Positions 1-11,934 of a stretch of DNA of 64,000 nucleotides are shown here, piece by piece. Under the pieces are notes generated by a model. The model saw only the letters and a list, made by a program, of their open reading frames with translations. It had not been told where the DNA came from and did no database searches. The stretch is from Chiloscyllium plagiosum (Eukaryota). Where the stretch lies: assembly GCF_004010195.1 (NCBI RefSeq), contig NC_057750.1, forward strand, positions 7,322,530 through 7,386,529, in the 5' to 3' direction. The first letter of the stretch is position 1. Each line of letters begins with the position of its first letter. The position numbers were made by a program, and so were the translations under genes.

Positions 1-270
1 GGACCTGGGTTCGATTCCAGCCGTGGTCGACTGTGTGAAGTTTGTACGTTCTCCCCGTGTCTGCATGGGTTTCCTCCCACAATCCAAAGATGTACAGGTT
101 AGGGTGAATTGGCTGTGCTAAATTGCCTACAGCGTTCAGGGATGTGTAGGTTAGCTGGATTAGCTATGGGGAAAACAGGGATATGGTCGGTGGGGTGTGG
201 GTCTTTATGGGATGCTTTTCGGAGGGTCGGCATGGGCCGAATGGCCTACTTCCATACTGTGAGGATTCTA
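1..270 (+). mobile_element. HE1/V-SINE-type tRNA-derived SINE, cut by the window edge
   Basis: B-box GGTTCGATTCC, V-domain-like 'gtttgtacgttctccccgtgtctgcatgggtttcctcccac', LINE-derived tail. Confidence 0.85.
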
Positions 271-549
271 ATACGTTTACATCCCTCCTTAATTAAGGTG
301 ACTGGTACTATTCACAGTACTCCAAATGTGGCCTCTCGTGCACCCTGTGTTTCTGAAGGCTAATCCCTTTATTTTTGTAATCTATTTCCCTCACCATGGA
401 ATTGGTTTAAGGCTGTTGGAAAAAAGTAGACCAGATCCTTGTCTGTTCTCACGCGGCTGGTGCTTAGGGTGCAAAGTGCACTGTTTGAGAGTGTTTTGGG
501 GGGGCACGGTTAACTCAGGTATTTGCAAAAGAGTTGGACGATTATCACG

Positions 550-1050
550 TAGAGTCATAGAGCTGTGCAGCATAGAAACAGACCCTTCGGTCCAAATTAT
601 CCATGCCGACCAGATATCCTAACCTAATCTAGTCCCATTTGCCAGCACTTGGCCCATATCCCTCCAAACCCTTCCTATTCATATACCCATCCAGATGCCT
701 TTTAAATGTTGTAATTGTACCAGCCTCCACCACTTCCTCTGGCGGCTCATTCCATACACATACCACCATCTGCATGAAAAGGTTGCCCCTTAGGTCCCTT
801 TTATATCTTTCCTCTCTCACCCTAAACCTATGCCCTCTATGACCCCAGGGAAAAGGCCTTTTCTATTTACCCTATCCATGCCCCTCATGAGTTTATAAAC
901 CGCTATAAGGTCACCCCTCAGCCTCCGCGCTCCAGGGAAAGCAGCCTCAGCCTGTTCAGCCTCTCCCTATAGCTCACACCCTCCAACCCTGGCAACATCC
1001 TTGTAAATTTTTTCTGAACCCTTTCACGTTTCATAACACCATTCTGATAG
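550..1050 (-). mobile_element. HER1/CR1-type LINE 3' fragment
   Basis: Minus-strand ORF2 C-terminus '...VWNE.PEEVVEAGTITTFKRHLDGYMNRKGLEGYGP' plus 3' UTR; many near-identical copies in the window. Confidence 0.9.
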
Positions 1051-2334
1051 GAAGTAAAGGAAAACGGTCACAAGGCAATGGGGAAGCGAATGGGGGATAC
1101 GGCACTTACCCGACCGGGTATCTAGGGGGTCCTGACGACTCGCTTGAAGGCCCCTGCCCAAGTCCCCGGGGCAATTAATGACATGAAATGGGGGAATGGA
1201 AGGATGACTACTTAGCATAAGCCTTTACTCTAAATGCCCTCGCACCTCTCCCCAGATATTTCTCCTCACAACCGTTACCCAGTGATTCTAAACGTCCTCC
1301 TATAAGAAGAAAACTAACATCTCTTTGGTGAGGCTCTTCACTGTTGAGCAGGCCTAGGCCTCTGATTGGCCTTCGGCTTCACACAGAACGGGACTCCAGT
1401 TGAACGAGGTACCTGATGGGCCGAGAGGCCTGTCAGGCACTAGTCAGGCACCCAATTGGGGCTTTCTTGATGGTGGTGAGCTGGTGGGGTGGTTAGTCAC
1501 CAATGAAGAGGCAAGAGTCAGGATAGAAACAGGGTGCTATAGTCTGAGGTCTTCCAGCCAGGGAGAAACAGCTTCCCAGTGTCCACCACATCAAGTCCGC
1601 TCAGAATTTGAGAGTCATACAGCACGGAAACAGATCCCTCGGTCCACCTAGTCTGAGGGCAAAGACCTTTGCCATTCTCGTTATCTATTACCCTCATGAG
1701 TTTATAAACTTCTATAAGGTCACCCTTCAGCCTCCGATGCTCCTGGGAAAATAGCTCCAGTCTATCCATGTCTTTATGACTCAAACCATCCAGTTTTAAG
1801 GTGGATAGCAAAGGTCCTTTCCCGATCCATACCCCTCATGAATTTATAAATCTCTGTAAGGTCACCCCCCTCAACCTCCTACGCTCCAGGGAATACAGTC
1901 CCAGCCTCTCTCTATAGCTGAAACCCTCTATTCTTGGCAAGATCCTGGTAAATCTCTTCTGAACCCTCTCCTTGTTTCCATCTTTATTTCAAAAATACAC
2001 TTTATGCATGAAAATATCTTTATATTCATCTGCAGTCACTAGAGCAGTTTGATTGTGTACAGTCTTAGCAAATTGAGAACAAGTAAACATTGGCGTTTGA
2101 CTGTCCCACCACTTCCAACGAACCCAAAATCACATCTTTCTTATGCAACATATTTATATGTATTTGAGGCACTGATCATCTTCCTATTTTGTTTGCACCC
2201 ACCCCACACCACTGTTTCAGAGCAGGATATATCAGCCATTTGACCCAATCGCAATCCATAGGGCAGCCCTCTCTTCTCAGGGACGGATGCGTTCTACATC
2301 CAATTTTACCCCCACCGCTCAGCATTTTGTAGAA

Positions 2335-2592
2335 CAGTGTGGAAGCAGGCCATTCAGCCCATTGAGTTCACACCCTATCTCTGTAAATCCCATGGCTAAT
2401 ACACTTAGCCTGCACACTGCAGGGCAATTGAGCACAGCCAGTCCACCCTAACCTGCACATCTTTGGACTGTGGGAGGAAATCCATGCAGGCACAGGGAGA
2501 ATATGCAAACTCCACACAGGCAGTTGCCCGAGGGTGGAATCGAACCCAGGTCCCTGGCGCTGTGAGGCTGCAGCGCTAACCACTGAGTCACC
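2335..2592 (-). mobile_element. HE1/V-SINE-type SINE
   Basis: Reverse-complement tRNA head (A/B boxes), V domain and LINE tail. Confidence 0.85.
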
Positions 2593-3312
2593 TCAGGTTC
2601 TATCTGCTCGCTGATTCAAAGATCTTTATGAAGCTGCCCGGGGATTAAGCCTAAAAGGATCTATAGATCAACACAGACTGATGGAATGAGTTAAAATTCA
2701 TCCAGTGAAGTTGAACCAATTGTCTGATGGAGTGTTGCGTCTGGGAGACAAGGGAGAGTTGGATAGATGAACAATGGCTTATTAATAAGACAACTCACCC
2801 GTGGATCTGATAAAGTTAGGATTACACACAGAACGGCACGGCTTTATTTAGATTAGGTCCCTTCGAAACTGCAGACTGCTTCTTTGTTCATTTTCTGGGG
2901 GGTTTTTTCTGCGTTTACGTGATGCATTTGCTGAGGTCAGTTCAGAAGGACTCTTGTTTACTCCAGTGTGCCTGAGATTTCTGTGTATAGGGGGAGGGTT
3001 GCACATGTAAATTTTAAATCCCCACGCTCGGTATTTTCTGTTCATCTCCACAATAACATGTCCTGGTTGGTAATTAATTTTATATTCACACATATTCACA
3101 AAGAGAGTATGATATAAGTTGGCAACCCAACTTATATCATACAGCATGGAAACAGGCCCTTCGGCCCACCTCGTACATGCTGATCGGATATCCCAACCAA
3201 AGTCCCGTTTGCCAGCGTTTGGCCCGTATCCCTCTAAACTCTTCCCTATCCATGTACCTGCCCAAATGCCTTTTAACTGCTGCAATTGTACCTGCCTCTA
3301 CCACTTCCTCTG

Positions 3313-3690
3313 TTAGAGTCAAAAAAAATGCAGATGTTGGATTCCAAGGTAGACAAGCAGGAGGCTGGAGGAACACAGCAAGGCAGGCAGCATCAGGAGA
3401 GACAGGCAGGAGGCTGGAGGAACACAGCAAGGCAGGCAGCATCAGGAGGGACAGGCAGGAGGCTGGAGGAACACAGCAAGGCACGCAGCATCAGGAGGGA
3501 CAGGCAGGAGGCTGGGGGAACACAGCAAGGCAGGCAGCATCAGGAGAGACAGGCAGGAGGCTGGAGGAACACAGCAAGGCAGGCAGCATCAGGAGGGACA
3601 GGCAGGAGGTTGGTGGAACACAGCAAGGCAGGCAGCATCAGGGGGTGGGGAAGTCGACATTTCGGGTGTAGCCTTTCCTCAGGACCTTCT
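3313..3690 (-). mobile_element. PLE 3' terminus with hammerhead motif and internal 49-bp array
   Basis: rc 3687-3651 reads aggtc-CTGAGGA-aaggctacaccc-GAAA-tg-TC-gactt; same terminus as 32645-32840 and 35784-35910. Confidence 0.8.
3352..3645. repeat. 49-bp minisatellite, 6 units
   Basis: Units 'gacaggcaggaggctggaggaacacagcaaggcaggcagcatcaggagg' start at 3352, 3401, 3450, 3499, 3548, 3597. Confidence 0.95.
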
Positions 3691-3814
3691 CCAAGCACCT
3701 GAAATGCTTCAGTTTCTCCACAGTTCTTATCGTTTTTCTCAAATCCCTCCATGACCTCCCATCCTCCCCAACTCTAACTTTCTCCAGTCCTGCAACCCTC
3801 CAAGACGGAGTTTA

Positions 3815-4190
3815 GAAAGATGAGGGGGTTCTAATTGGAACATACAGAATACTGAATGGCCTGGACAGAGTAGATGTTGGGAAAATGTTTCCATTGATAG
3901 GAAAGACTAGGACCCGAGGGCACAGCCTTAGAGTAAAGGGAAGACCTTTTAGAACGGGGATAAGGAGAAACTTCTTCAGCCAGAGAGTGGGGAATCGATG
4001 GAATTCACTGCCACAGAAGGCTGTGGAGGCCGGGTCATTGAGTATATTTAAGACTGAGATAGATAGGTTTCTCCACCCCATTCTCCCCCTCACCCTTGGT
4101 AATCAAGAACCTATCAGCCATGATTGAATGGCAGAGCAGACTCGATGGGATGAATGGCCTAATTTCTGCTCCTGTATATTATGGTCTAAG
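3815..4190 (+). mobile_element. CR1-type LINE 3' fragment (second subfamily)
   Basis: 'MFPLIGKTRTRGHSLRVKGRPFRTGIRRNFFSQRVGNRWNSLP'. Confidence 0.85.
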
Positions 4191-4472
4191 ATATCTGCAC
4201 TCTGCAAATTCTCCCAGTCTCACGAGCATTGCGAATTTTAATTGCTTCAGTGTTGGCATTACCGAAGTACCCAATACTGGGAGTACCCACCATTAAAGCT
4301 CTCTGCCTCTCCTTCCATCTTTTGAAAAACTCATTAAAACCTCCTTGGTTGGCCAAGCTTTTGGTCACCTGACCTAAACAATTGCCTCAAGTGACTCCAT
4401 GTCCTATTGCTTCAGAGAAGTACCTTGGCAACCTTAATTACGCTAAAGGTGCTACACAAATAGAAACTGTTG
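4190..4472 (+). mobile_element. Old L2-type LINE 3' end
   Basis: Decayed 'ttaaaacc...caagcttttggtcacc' and tail 'taaaggtgctacacaaatagaaactgttg' typical of L2 3' ends. Confidence 0.55.
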
Positions 4473-4514
4473 CTTTATACCCTGGAAGAGTCATTAATTA
4501 TGAACTGCAACCTA

Positions 4515-4830
4515 TTAGCGAATCCCTGCAGTGTGGAAGCAGGCCATTCAGCCCATTGAGTCCACACTGACCCTCTGAAGAGCATTCCACCCCATCCTGT
4601 GACGCTACTTTTCCCATGGCTAACCCACCTAGCCTGCACACCCCTGGACACTAAGGGGCAATTTAGCATGACCAATCCACCCTAACCTGTATATCCATGG
4701 ACTGTAGGAGGAAACCCACACAGACACGGGGAGAACATGCAAACTCCACACAGACAGTCACCCGAGGCTGGAATCGAACCTGGGACCCTGGTGCTGTGGG
4801 GCAGCAGTGTTAACCACTGAGCCATCACAC
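4515..4830 (-). mobile_element. HE1/V-SINE-type SINE
   Basis: Full head/V-domain/tail in reverse orientation. Confidence 0.85.
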
Positions 4831-4972
4831 AACAGAATTTCACTGACTCTCTCATCCACTCCATACCTGCCCAACTCTCTCTGAAATTATGTTTTTGAGT
4901 TTTCTTCTCCCTGTCATGCCCTTTCTAAGCTCCTGGATTGCAAAATGGAAACCAGGGGCAGAGGCATTCAAG

Positions 4973-5310
4973 AGGTGGCACAGTGGCTCAGTGGTTAGCA
5001 CTGCTGCCTCACGGCACCGGGGACCTGGGTTCGATTCCACCCTCGGATGACTGTCTGTGTGGAGTTTGCATGTTCTCCCCGTGTCTGCGTGGGTTTCCTC
5101 CCGGGTGCTCCGGTTTCCTCCCACAGTCCAAAGTTGTGCAGGTCAGGGTGAATTGGCCATGCTAAATTGCCAAGAGTGTTCAGGGATGTATAGGTTAGGT
5201 GCATTAGTCAGAGTAAATGTAGGGCAATGGGTCTGGGTGGGTTACTCTTCGGAGGGTCAGTGTGGACTTGTTGGGCTGAAGGGCCTGTTTTCATACTGTA
5301 GGGAATCTGT
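4973..5310 (+). mobile_element. HE1/V-SINE-type SINE, full length
   Basis: A box TGGCTCAGTGG, B box GGTTCGATTCC, V domain, LINE-like tail. Confidence 0.9.
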
Positions 5311-6789
5311 GATTCCAAGAGGCAGGTTTTCAGGATTTGGGGGCAATAGGAGCAGATTAAGCGACATTACATTCGTATAGCGTCTGTCACAGCTGTAGGA
5401 TATCTTAAGCTCCTATGGCATGTCGGAATCGACTTGTGCACAGGAAAAGCTCCCACAAACAGCAGGTAAGCAGATCATCCTTTGTGATTTGTGATGTTGA
5501 ATGAAGGGCAAATATTGGTCCAGGTCACCAGAGGGCGACCACCTCTGTTTTGCTTCAAAATAGTGAGTGTTTTTAAAACTTAGGGGCGTAAGTAGGCTAT
5601 TAGGCCCTTTTAGTCTGCTCTGTGCTATCTTCCTGCATTAGCCCAACACATCTCAGCATCTTTAATACCTGATCATATCCAGTCTAGACCAGGGTTGTAG
5701 CTGAACATCTCAGGTGGGTGGGGGCTCCTCTGGTCATGTGATTTTTACACCCAAGTTTCAAGTGTCGGTCTTGAACCCATGACCTTATGTCTCTGAACCA
5801 CGACTGACCCTGTGAGACAGCTTAGAAACCAGGATTAGATCACAAGGAGCTCTAAACCATTAAGCACCCCGTCTGTTTCCTCTGCCTATCCCTCCATGCC
5901 GCTAAGGTTATACTTTGAGCTGTTGTAGAGAGATAGAAAATAGGAGCAGGAGTAGGTCATTCGGCCCTTCGAGCCTGCTCTCCCATTCAATAGGATGGTG
6001 GCCGATCATCCATCTCAGTCCCCGCTTTCTCCCTCCATACCCTTTGATCTTTCCATGCTGTATGACCCTATAACTTCATCCGACTCCTTCTTGAAACATT
6101 CAATGTTTTGGCCTCAACTGTTTTCTGTGGCAGAGAATTCAACAGGTTCCTCCGCTGTCAGGGTGAAGACATTCCTGCTTATCCCAGTCCAACCTCGTAT
6201 CCTTAGACTGTGACACTTGCCCCCACCCCCGGGGTCTGAACTCCCTGGGACATCAGAAACATCCTTCCTGTCCTAATGCTGTCTAATGCTGTTGGAACAC
6301 TGTAGGTTTCTATCAGATTCTCCCCCACCTCCATCTCTTCACATCTCCAGTTAATATAGTCCTTACCGATCCAGTCTCTCTTCAAGCATTTAGGAACTAC
6401 AAGAACAGCCAACAATTGCCAGTTCTTCCCAATAAATGCCCAATTCTCCATGTACTTCTGCCCTCTCTGAGTAGCCTCTCCTTCATATTCACCAATGGCT
6501 ATGAACAACCAACAAATTTCAATGCAGCTCTTCCAAAACCTTGTGGTACGCTCGGTAGTGTCCCTGCCTCTGAGCTTAAAAGCCCTCAGTCCAAGCCCCA
6601 CTTCAGCAACGTGGCAGTCAATCCTTAAAGTGTGGCCAATCCTTCCAGGTCTCAGCAGGCTGTAAAACTTGAGCTTCTCCCATTACTATTCATAATGTCA
6701 GACTATAACACACACGTGAACGTGTATAGTCTCCTCAAGGTGAACTGCAACTCAACACCATCACCTTCTAAAATTGCATTTGGACATAA

Positions 6790-7295
6790 AGTCACACAGC
6801 ACGGAAACAGACCCTTCGGTCCAACCAGCCCATCATCCCAAACTAAGCTAGTCCCACCCGCCTGCTTCTCGACCAGATCCTTCCGTACACTTCCTCTGGA
6901 AGCTCATTCCACATGTGAGCCACCCTCTGTGTTTACAAAAAAGTACTCCTCATGTGTTTTATATCTCTCTCCTCTCACCTTAAAAATGTGCTCCCTCATC
7001 TTGAAGTCCCCGTCCCAGGGTAAAGATCTTTGCTATTCACCTGATCTGTACCCCTCATGACTTTATAAACCTCTTCAAGGACACGTCTCAACCTCTCGCA
7101 CTCCAAGGAAAAAAAGGTCCTGGCCTACCAAGCCTCTTCTTATAACTCAAGCCTTCCATTCCTGGCAACATCCTGGTAAATCTCTTCTGATCCCTCTCCA
7201 TATTGATAATGTCCTTCCTGTAACAGGACGACCAGAAAACTGGACACAGTTTTCCCGAAGAGGCCTCACCAACATCCTGTACAACCTTGACATGA
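6790..7295 (-). mobile_element. HER1/CR1-type LINE 3' fragment
   Basis: 'FWSSCYRKDIINMERDQKRFTRMLPGMEGLSY'. Confidence 0.85.
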
Positions 7296-8329
7296 CTTAA
7301 TAACATAAAGTTTGGAGTTGGGCCATTGGCCCTTCGAGCCTGTGCTGCCATTTGAGATGGGTTCATTTGTGACATAAATCAAGGAGGGATTGGGAAGATT
7401 AGGAGTGAGTGGGGAATGGGGTGGGGAAGCACACGGTTCAGTCACTATAAACTGGAGTGTTTTGTTGAGCAGGAAAGGCTCTATGTAAATGAAATTCAGC
7501 CTGTTTTACCCGATGCCACCTTATTGAGGCCAATTTCTTGCCAGTTCACATGGCAAACTGGTATGAAGTCACCAGACCCTAGGAATGCCATCTCTATTTG
7601 GATTTTTTAATAAGAAATTCCTGCGTTCACCTACCCAACCATGTCAAATAGCCCTTTGCTTTCTGTCCGCAATATTTTCAAGACAATTTCAGACAAAGTG
7701 GGATGAGGGATTGTGGGGAGGAGGGAGGCATTGTTATTTTAATCCCCTGGTGATTGTTTCTCCATCTTTTCTGGGGCGGGGGCTGGGGGTTGCTGTGGAA
7801 TGCAAGTAGTTTCTAGAAGACCATTCCTGCCCTCGCTGGGGCAGTGAAGACGATGCTAGGAACGGAAAGAACGTTCTGGAAGCACAAAGCGGGTGGGGAA
7901 GGGGGGGGTCAGGCAATGAGAAAAACACCTGCTCCCCACCAGGGTTCATTTTTCAGATCATGTTGTGGGATCGAGAAAATGTCACCGTGGTAACGGGTTG
8001 CAGAGGCAGGCCAAGTGGGTGTGAGGGAAGGAGGGAAGGGGGGTGATTGAATGTCAAGGGGGATGAAAGTGCAAACTCAAAACACAAAGAGGGCAGTAAT
8101 GCGAAAATTAAAAGGAACAAAGGATGAGTTGACTGGATTTGTAAATAGATATGGCACAATTATTACCGGGCCTGTGGACTGAACGTGGGTGTTTTGCAAA
8201 TAAAGGTCACCCAATCTGTACATGACCTCCTCAATCTGAGCAGTGACCAGAAAAGGAAATAACCTACTTTTTAAAAAAATGTTTTATTCTTCTTGCCATG
8301 GACGGGCAATTCCCTAATTGGCAATTGTA

Positions 8330-9137
8330 GAGTCTTACAGCACGGAAACAGACCTTTCAGTCCAACTTGTCCATGCCGACCAGATATCCTAACCTAATTT
8401 AGACCTATTTGCCAGCACTTGGCCCATATCCCTCTAAACCCTTCCTATTCTTATTCCCCATCCAGATGCTTTTTAAATGTTGTAATTGTACCAGCCTCCA
8501 CTACTTCTTCTGGCAGCTCATTCCATACACGTACCACCCTCTGCGTGAAAAAGTTGCCCCATAGATCCCTTTAAAACCTTTCCCCTCTCACCCTAAACCT
8601 ATGCCCTCTAGTTCTGGACTCCCCTATCCTGGGGAAAAAGACCTTGTCTATTTACCCTATTCATGCCCCTCAAGATTTTGTAAACCTCTATAAGATCACC
8701 CCTCAGCCTCCGACACTCCAGTGAAAAATGACCCAGCCTCTCCTTATAAGTCAGATCCTCCAGACCCGACTACGTCCCGGTAAATATTTTCTGCACCCTC
8801 TCCAATTTAATAATATTCAACTAGGAAATGGTAGAGACCATCCCTTCCTTGGGTCACTGGACCTGAAACGCTAACTCCGATTTCTCTCCACAGATGTTGC
8901 CAGGCATGCTGAGCTTCTCCAGCAACCTCTGTTTCTGTTTCTGACTTACAGCATCTGCAGTTCTGCGGGTTTTTTTGACCCAGCCTATTCAGCCTCTCCC
9001 TGTAGCTCAAACCCTCCAGCCCCAGCAACAGCCTTGTCAATCTTTTCTGCACCCTTTCAAGTTTCACAACATCTTTCCTGGAGCAGGGAGACCAGAGTTG
9101 GACGCTGTATTCCAAAATCGGCCTAACCAATGTCCTA
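8330..9137 (-). mobile_element. HER1/CR1 LINE fragments interrupted by a PLE terminus (~8845-8975, +)
   Basis: 'VRPILEYSVQLWSPCSRKDVVKLERVQKR' plus 3' UTR; insert 'gggtcactggacctgaaacgctaactcc...cagcatctgcag'. Confidence 0.8.
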
Positions 9138-10236
9138 GCCTGTTAGAATTTAACGCGTTTCAATCAAATCCACCTCTCATCTTTCTAAACTCTGGTGAAC
9201 ACAGGTCCCGTTGACCCAATCCCTCCTCGTTAGACAATCCTGCCGTCCCCGTATCAGTCTAGGGTACACTAGCTGCACTCCCTTCTGCGGTAACTCCAGG
9301 TTTGTGCCTTATCAATGGCAGCTGGGCCCTGGATTCCTGACCTCTGACCTGTCATGATGGACATGTATTTGTATGCCCAGTCCTGTTAAGTTTCTAGTCA
9401 TTTGTGACACCATTTGTCTATAATAGGAGGCTCAGTGTTGGGAATAGTTATTTTGTTGAGATAAAAATGAGTTATACAATGCGATATGTGTGTCTGTGAT
9501 CTCGGCTGTAACTCAGTTTGTCACACTGTCTCCTTTTTGGTGACGTTTCTGGTTCAAGTCCCACTTCAGGACAGAGTGCGAAGTTAAGGCTAATGCGCCA
9601 GTGGACCATAGGATCAGGAGTAGGCCATTCAGCCCCTCGACCCTGTTCTGCTGATGGGTGATCAGTGGCCGACCTCCTCCATTTGCTCCCAGGTCCCTTA
9701 ATACCTTCGCTTAGCAGCGAAAATCTATCTCCAATTTAAAATTAACAACGGATCCAGCATTAACTGTGTTCATTTGGCAGTGAATTGGGGTACCTAGTAG
9801 GGCAGTGGTAGTGTCCCTACCTTGAAGCTGGGAGGCCCAGGTTCACATACCATCTGGTCCAGAGGTGCATAAGAACATTAATTAGGAAAACATATAATTG
9901 AGCGAGGGGCAATCTCTGAGGGTTTGAATTTTTGCAAAGCAATAGATACTTCATTTTTTTTCTGTTTTAAAAAGTGTTCTATATTTCAATGGCTAATAGA
10001 GTCAGAGATGTACAGTACAGAATCTGACCCTTCAGTCCAACTCGTCCGTGCTGACCAGATATCCTAAATTAATCCAGTCCCATTTGCCAGCACTTGTCCC
10101 GTGTCCCCCTAAACCCTTCCTATTCATATACCCATCCAGATGCCTTTTAAATGTTGTAATTGTACCAGCCTCCCTCACTTCCTCTGGCAGCTCAGTCCAT
10201 ACACGCACCACCGCCTGTGTGAAAAAGAGGGAACTA

Positions 10237-10320
10237 CAGATGAACTTCGATTATCCGGCATTCGATTATCCGAACAAAATACTCCCTGCCCGTATCCTTC
10301 GGATAATCGAGGTTCCTCTG
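10237..10320. mobile_element. 84-bp Tc1/mariner-pogo-type MITE
   Basis: TA flanks (10235-36, 10321-22); 21-bp TIR CAGA(T/G)GAAC(T/C)TCGATTATCCG with 2 mismatches. Confidence 0.85.
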
Positions 10321-10609
10321 TAGTTATCCCTCAGACAACCTCCGAGAAATCAATAGATCATGGCCGTTATCCCATTGCTGGTTGTGAAGAGCTGGCTGTG
10401 TGCAAATTGTCTGTAGTAGCGACTATATTATGACTGTGGCTGTCTCATTGGCCAGAAAAGATTTTGAGATGCTCTTTGGTTATTGAAAACATGGATTGCA
10501 ACATATTTTATTCTTTTTGCCTCCTTTTCTTCTGATTTTACTGAAATTCTTGAAACTTGGATAATCAAATTAAGGTTGACTAAACAGTGCGTGCGTAGTT
10601 ATCATCCCA

Positions 10610-11205
10610 GAATCCCTGAATGCAGAAAGAGGCTATCCTTCAGCCCCAAGTCTGCACTGACCCACCAAAGAGCAGGCGAAAGTGAGGACTGCAGATGCTG
10701 GAGGTTAGAGTCCTGCTGGAAAAGCACAGCAGGTCAGGCAGCATTTGAGGAGCAGGAACATCGATGTTTCGGGCAGGAGCCCTTCATCAGGAATTCAAAA
10801 CCACCAAAGAGCAGCCCACCCAGATCCACCCCATCAGCCTGGATTCCCCATGGCTAACCCACCTAGCCTGCACATCCCTGGACGCTATGGGGCAATTTCC
10901 CATGGCTAACCCACCTAGCCTGCACATCCCTGGACACTATGGGGCAATTTTCCATGGCTAACCCACCTAGCCTGCATGTCCCTGGACACTACAGAACAAT
11001 TTTCCATGGTTAATCCAGATGGCCTACACATCACTGGACAGCCCAATCCACCCTAATTTGCGCATCTTTAGACTGTGGGAGGAAACCCACACAGACACGG
11101 GGAGAATGTGCAAACTCCACACAGACAGTCGCCTGAGGCTGGAATTGAACCTGGGTCTCTGACACTGTGAGGCAGCAGTGCTAGCCACTGAGCCACTGTG
11201 CTGCC
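10610..11205 (-). mobile_element. HE1 SINE with ~52-bp internal tandem expansion (10845-11010) and a PLE insert
   Basis: About 3 copies of 'catggctaacccacctagcctgcacatccctggacactatggggcaatt'. Confidence 0.85.
10676..10800 (-). mobile_element. Short PLE terminal element with intact hammerhead core
   Basis: 14-bp TSD ccaccaaagagcag (10662-75 / 10801-14); rc gaattc-CTGATGA-a-GGGC-tcct-GCCC-GAAA-ca-TC-gat. Confidence 0.85.
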
Positions 11206-11934
11206 CCATAATCATGTGAAACGGCCAAAGTACCACTTATTAACACTAAATCCATTCAGCTGGACTTACACCAAGCTCTGTGGGACTTAATTGACTGTCT
11301 GTGGAGCAGTTCTGGTCCACAGTGACCGAGAATATCCGAGTTGGCGGGAACCAAGCCTGAGGAATTTGTCCCCAAGCTTTTATCATGAAGATTGTAGATA
11401 ATTTATCCCACAGAGGCCTGCATATTCTGCAACTGACCCAGAGCTCACCATGACCACAACAACAAAAATATCACCGAGAAGTTGACAAACTGAGCAAAAC
11501 AAAACATATAGGATCTGAATTCCAGGGTTTGCTCCTCTTCAAGGTTTGTAAGCTCTCGTGCAGGAAGCTTAAATGCAGTGTGAAAATTAATTAAGAAGAA
11601 ATTTATTCACTCAGCTCTCCAATTGTTATTAAATGGCAATCCAGTGTTACTAATAACAGAGTGAGGTCAGACTGACAGTGGTCCCATTAGTGCTATTAAT
11701 TTATGTCAGTTGGATTGATTCCCACATATCTCCAGGCAGTCTACACTATGGTCATGCACAGAAGGAGGTCACTTGGCCCATTGAACCAATGCTGGCCCTC
11801 CAAAAGAACTATTCCATCCGTCCCTTCTGAGCTGACCTACAAGTGACTCCAGGTGCACTTGAGCGCGTTTGACTCCACACTACAATGATCTGGCAAATCC
11901 CTTCACTCGAGGGCAGTTCGGGATGGGATTAACA

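Noticed and set aside
1412..1437. Hammerhead ribozyme (CTGATG-GGCC-GAGA-GGCC)
   Set aside because: Lacks A9 and the GAAA/NUH half, and folds as a plain hairpin
1975..2200. L1/Tx1-like 3' tail (also 12530-12680)
   Set aside because: Only a degenerate poly-A-signal-like end is visible; too weak to call
3352..3645. CRISPR-like array (also 13665-14035 and 16299-16465)
   Set aside because: Head-to-tail units with no unique spacers, no cas genes, eukaryotic TE origin
4973..5045. tRNA gene (and similar heads throughout the window)
   Set aside because: A/B boxes run straight into the V domain and LINE tail, so these are SINE heads
5057..5380. Recurrent ORFs such as 'WSLHILPVSAWVSSGCSGFLPQSKDVQVR'
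   Set aside because: Translations of the HE1 SINE, not proteins
5525..5538. CTCF-like TCACCAGAGGGCGA
   Set aside because: Single imperfect motif inside an old SINE remnant with no supporting context
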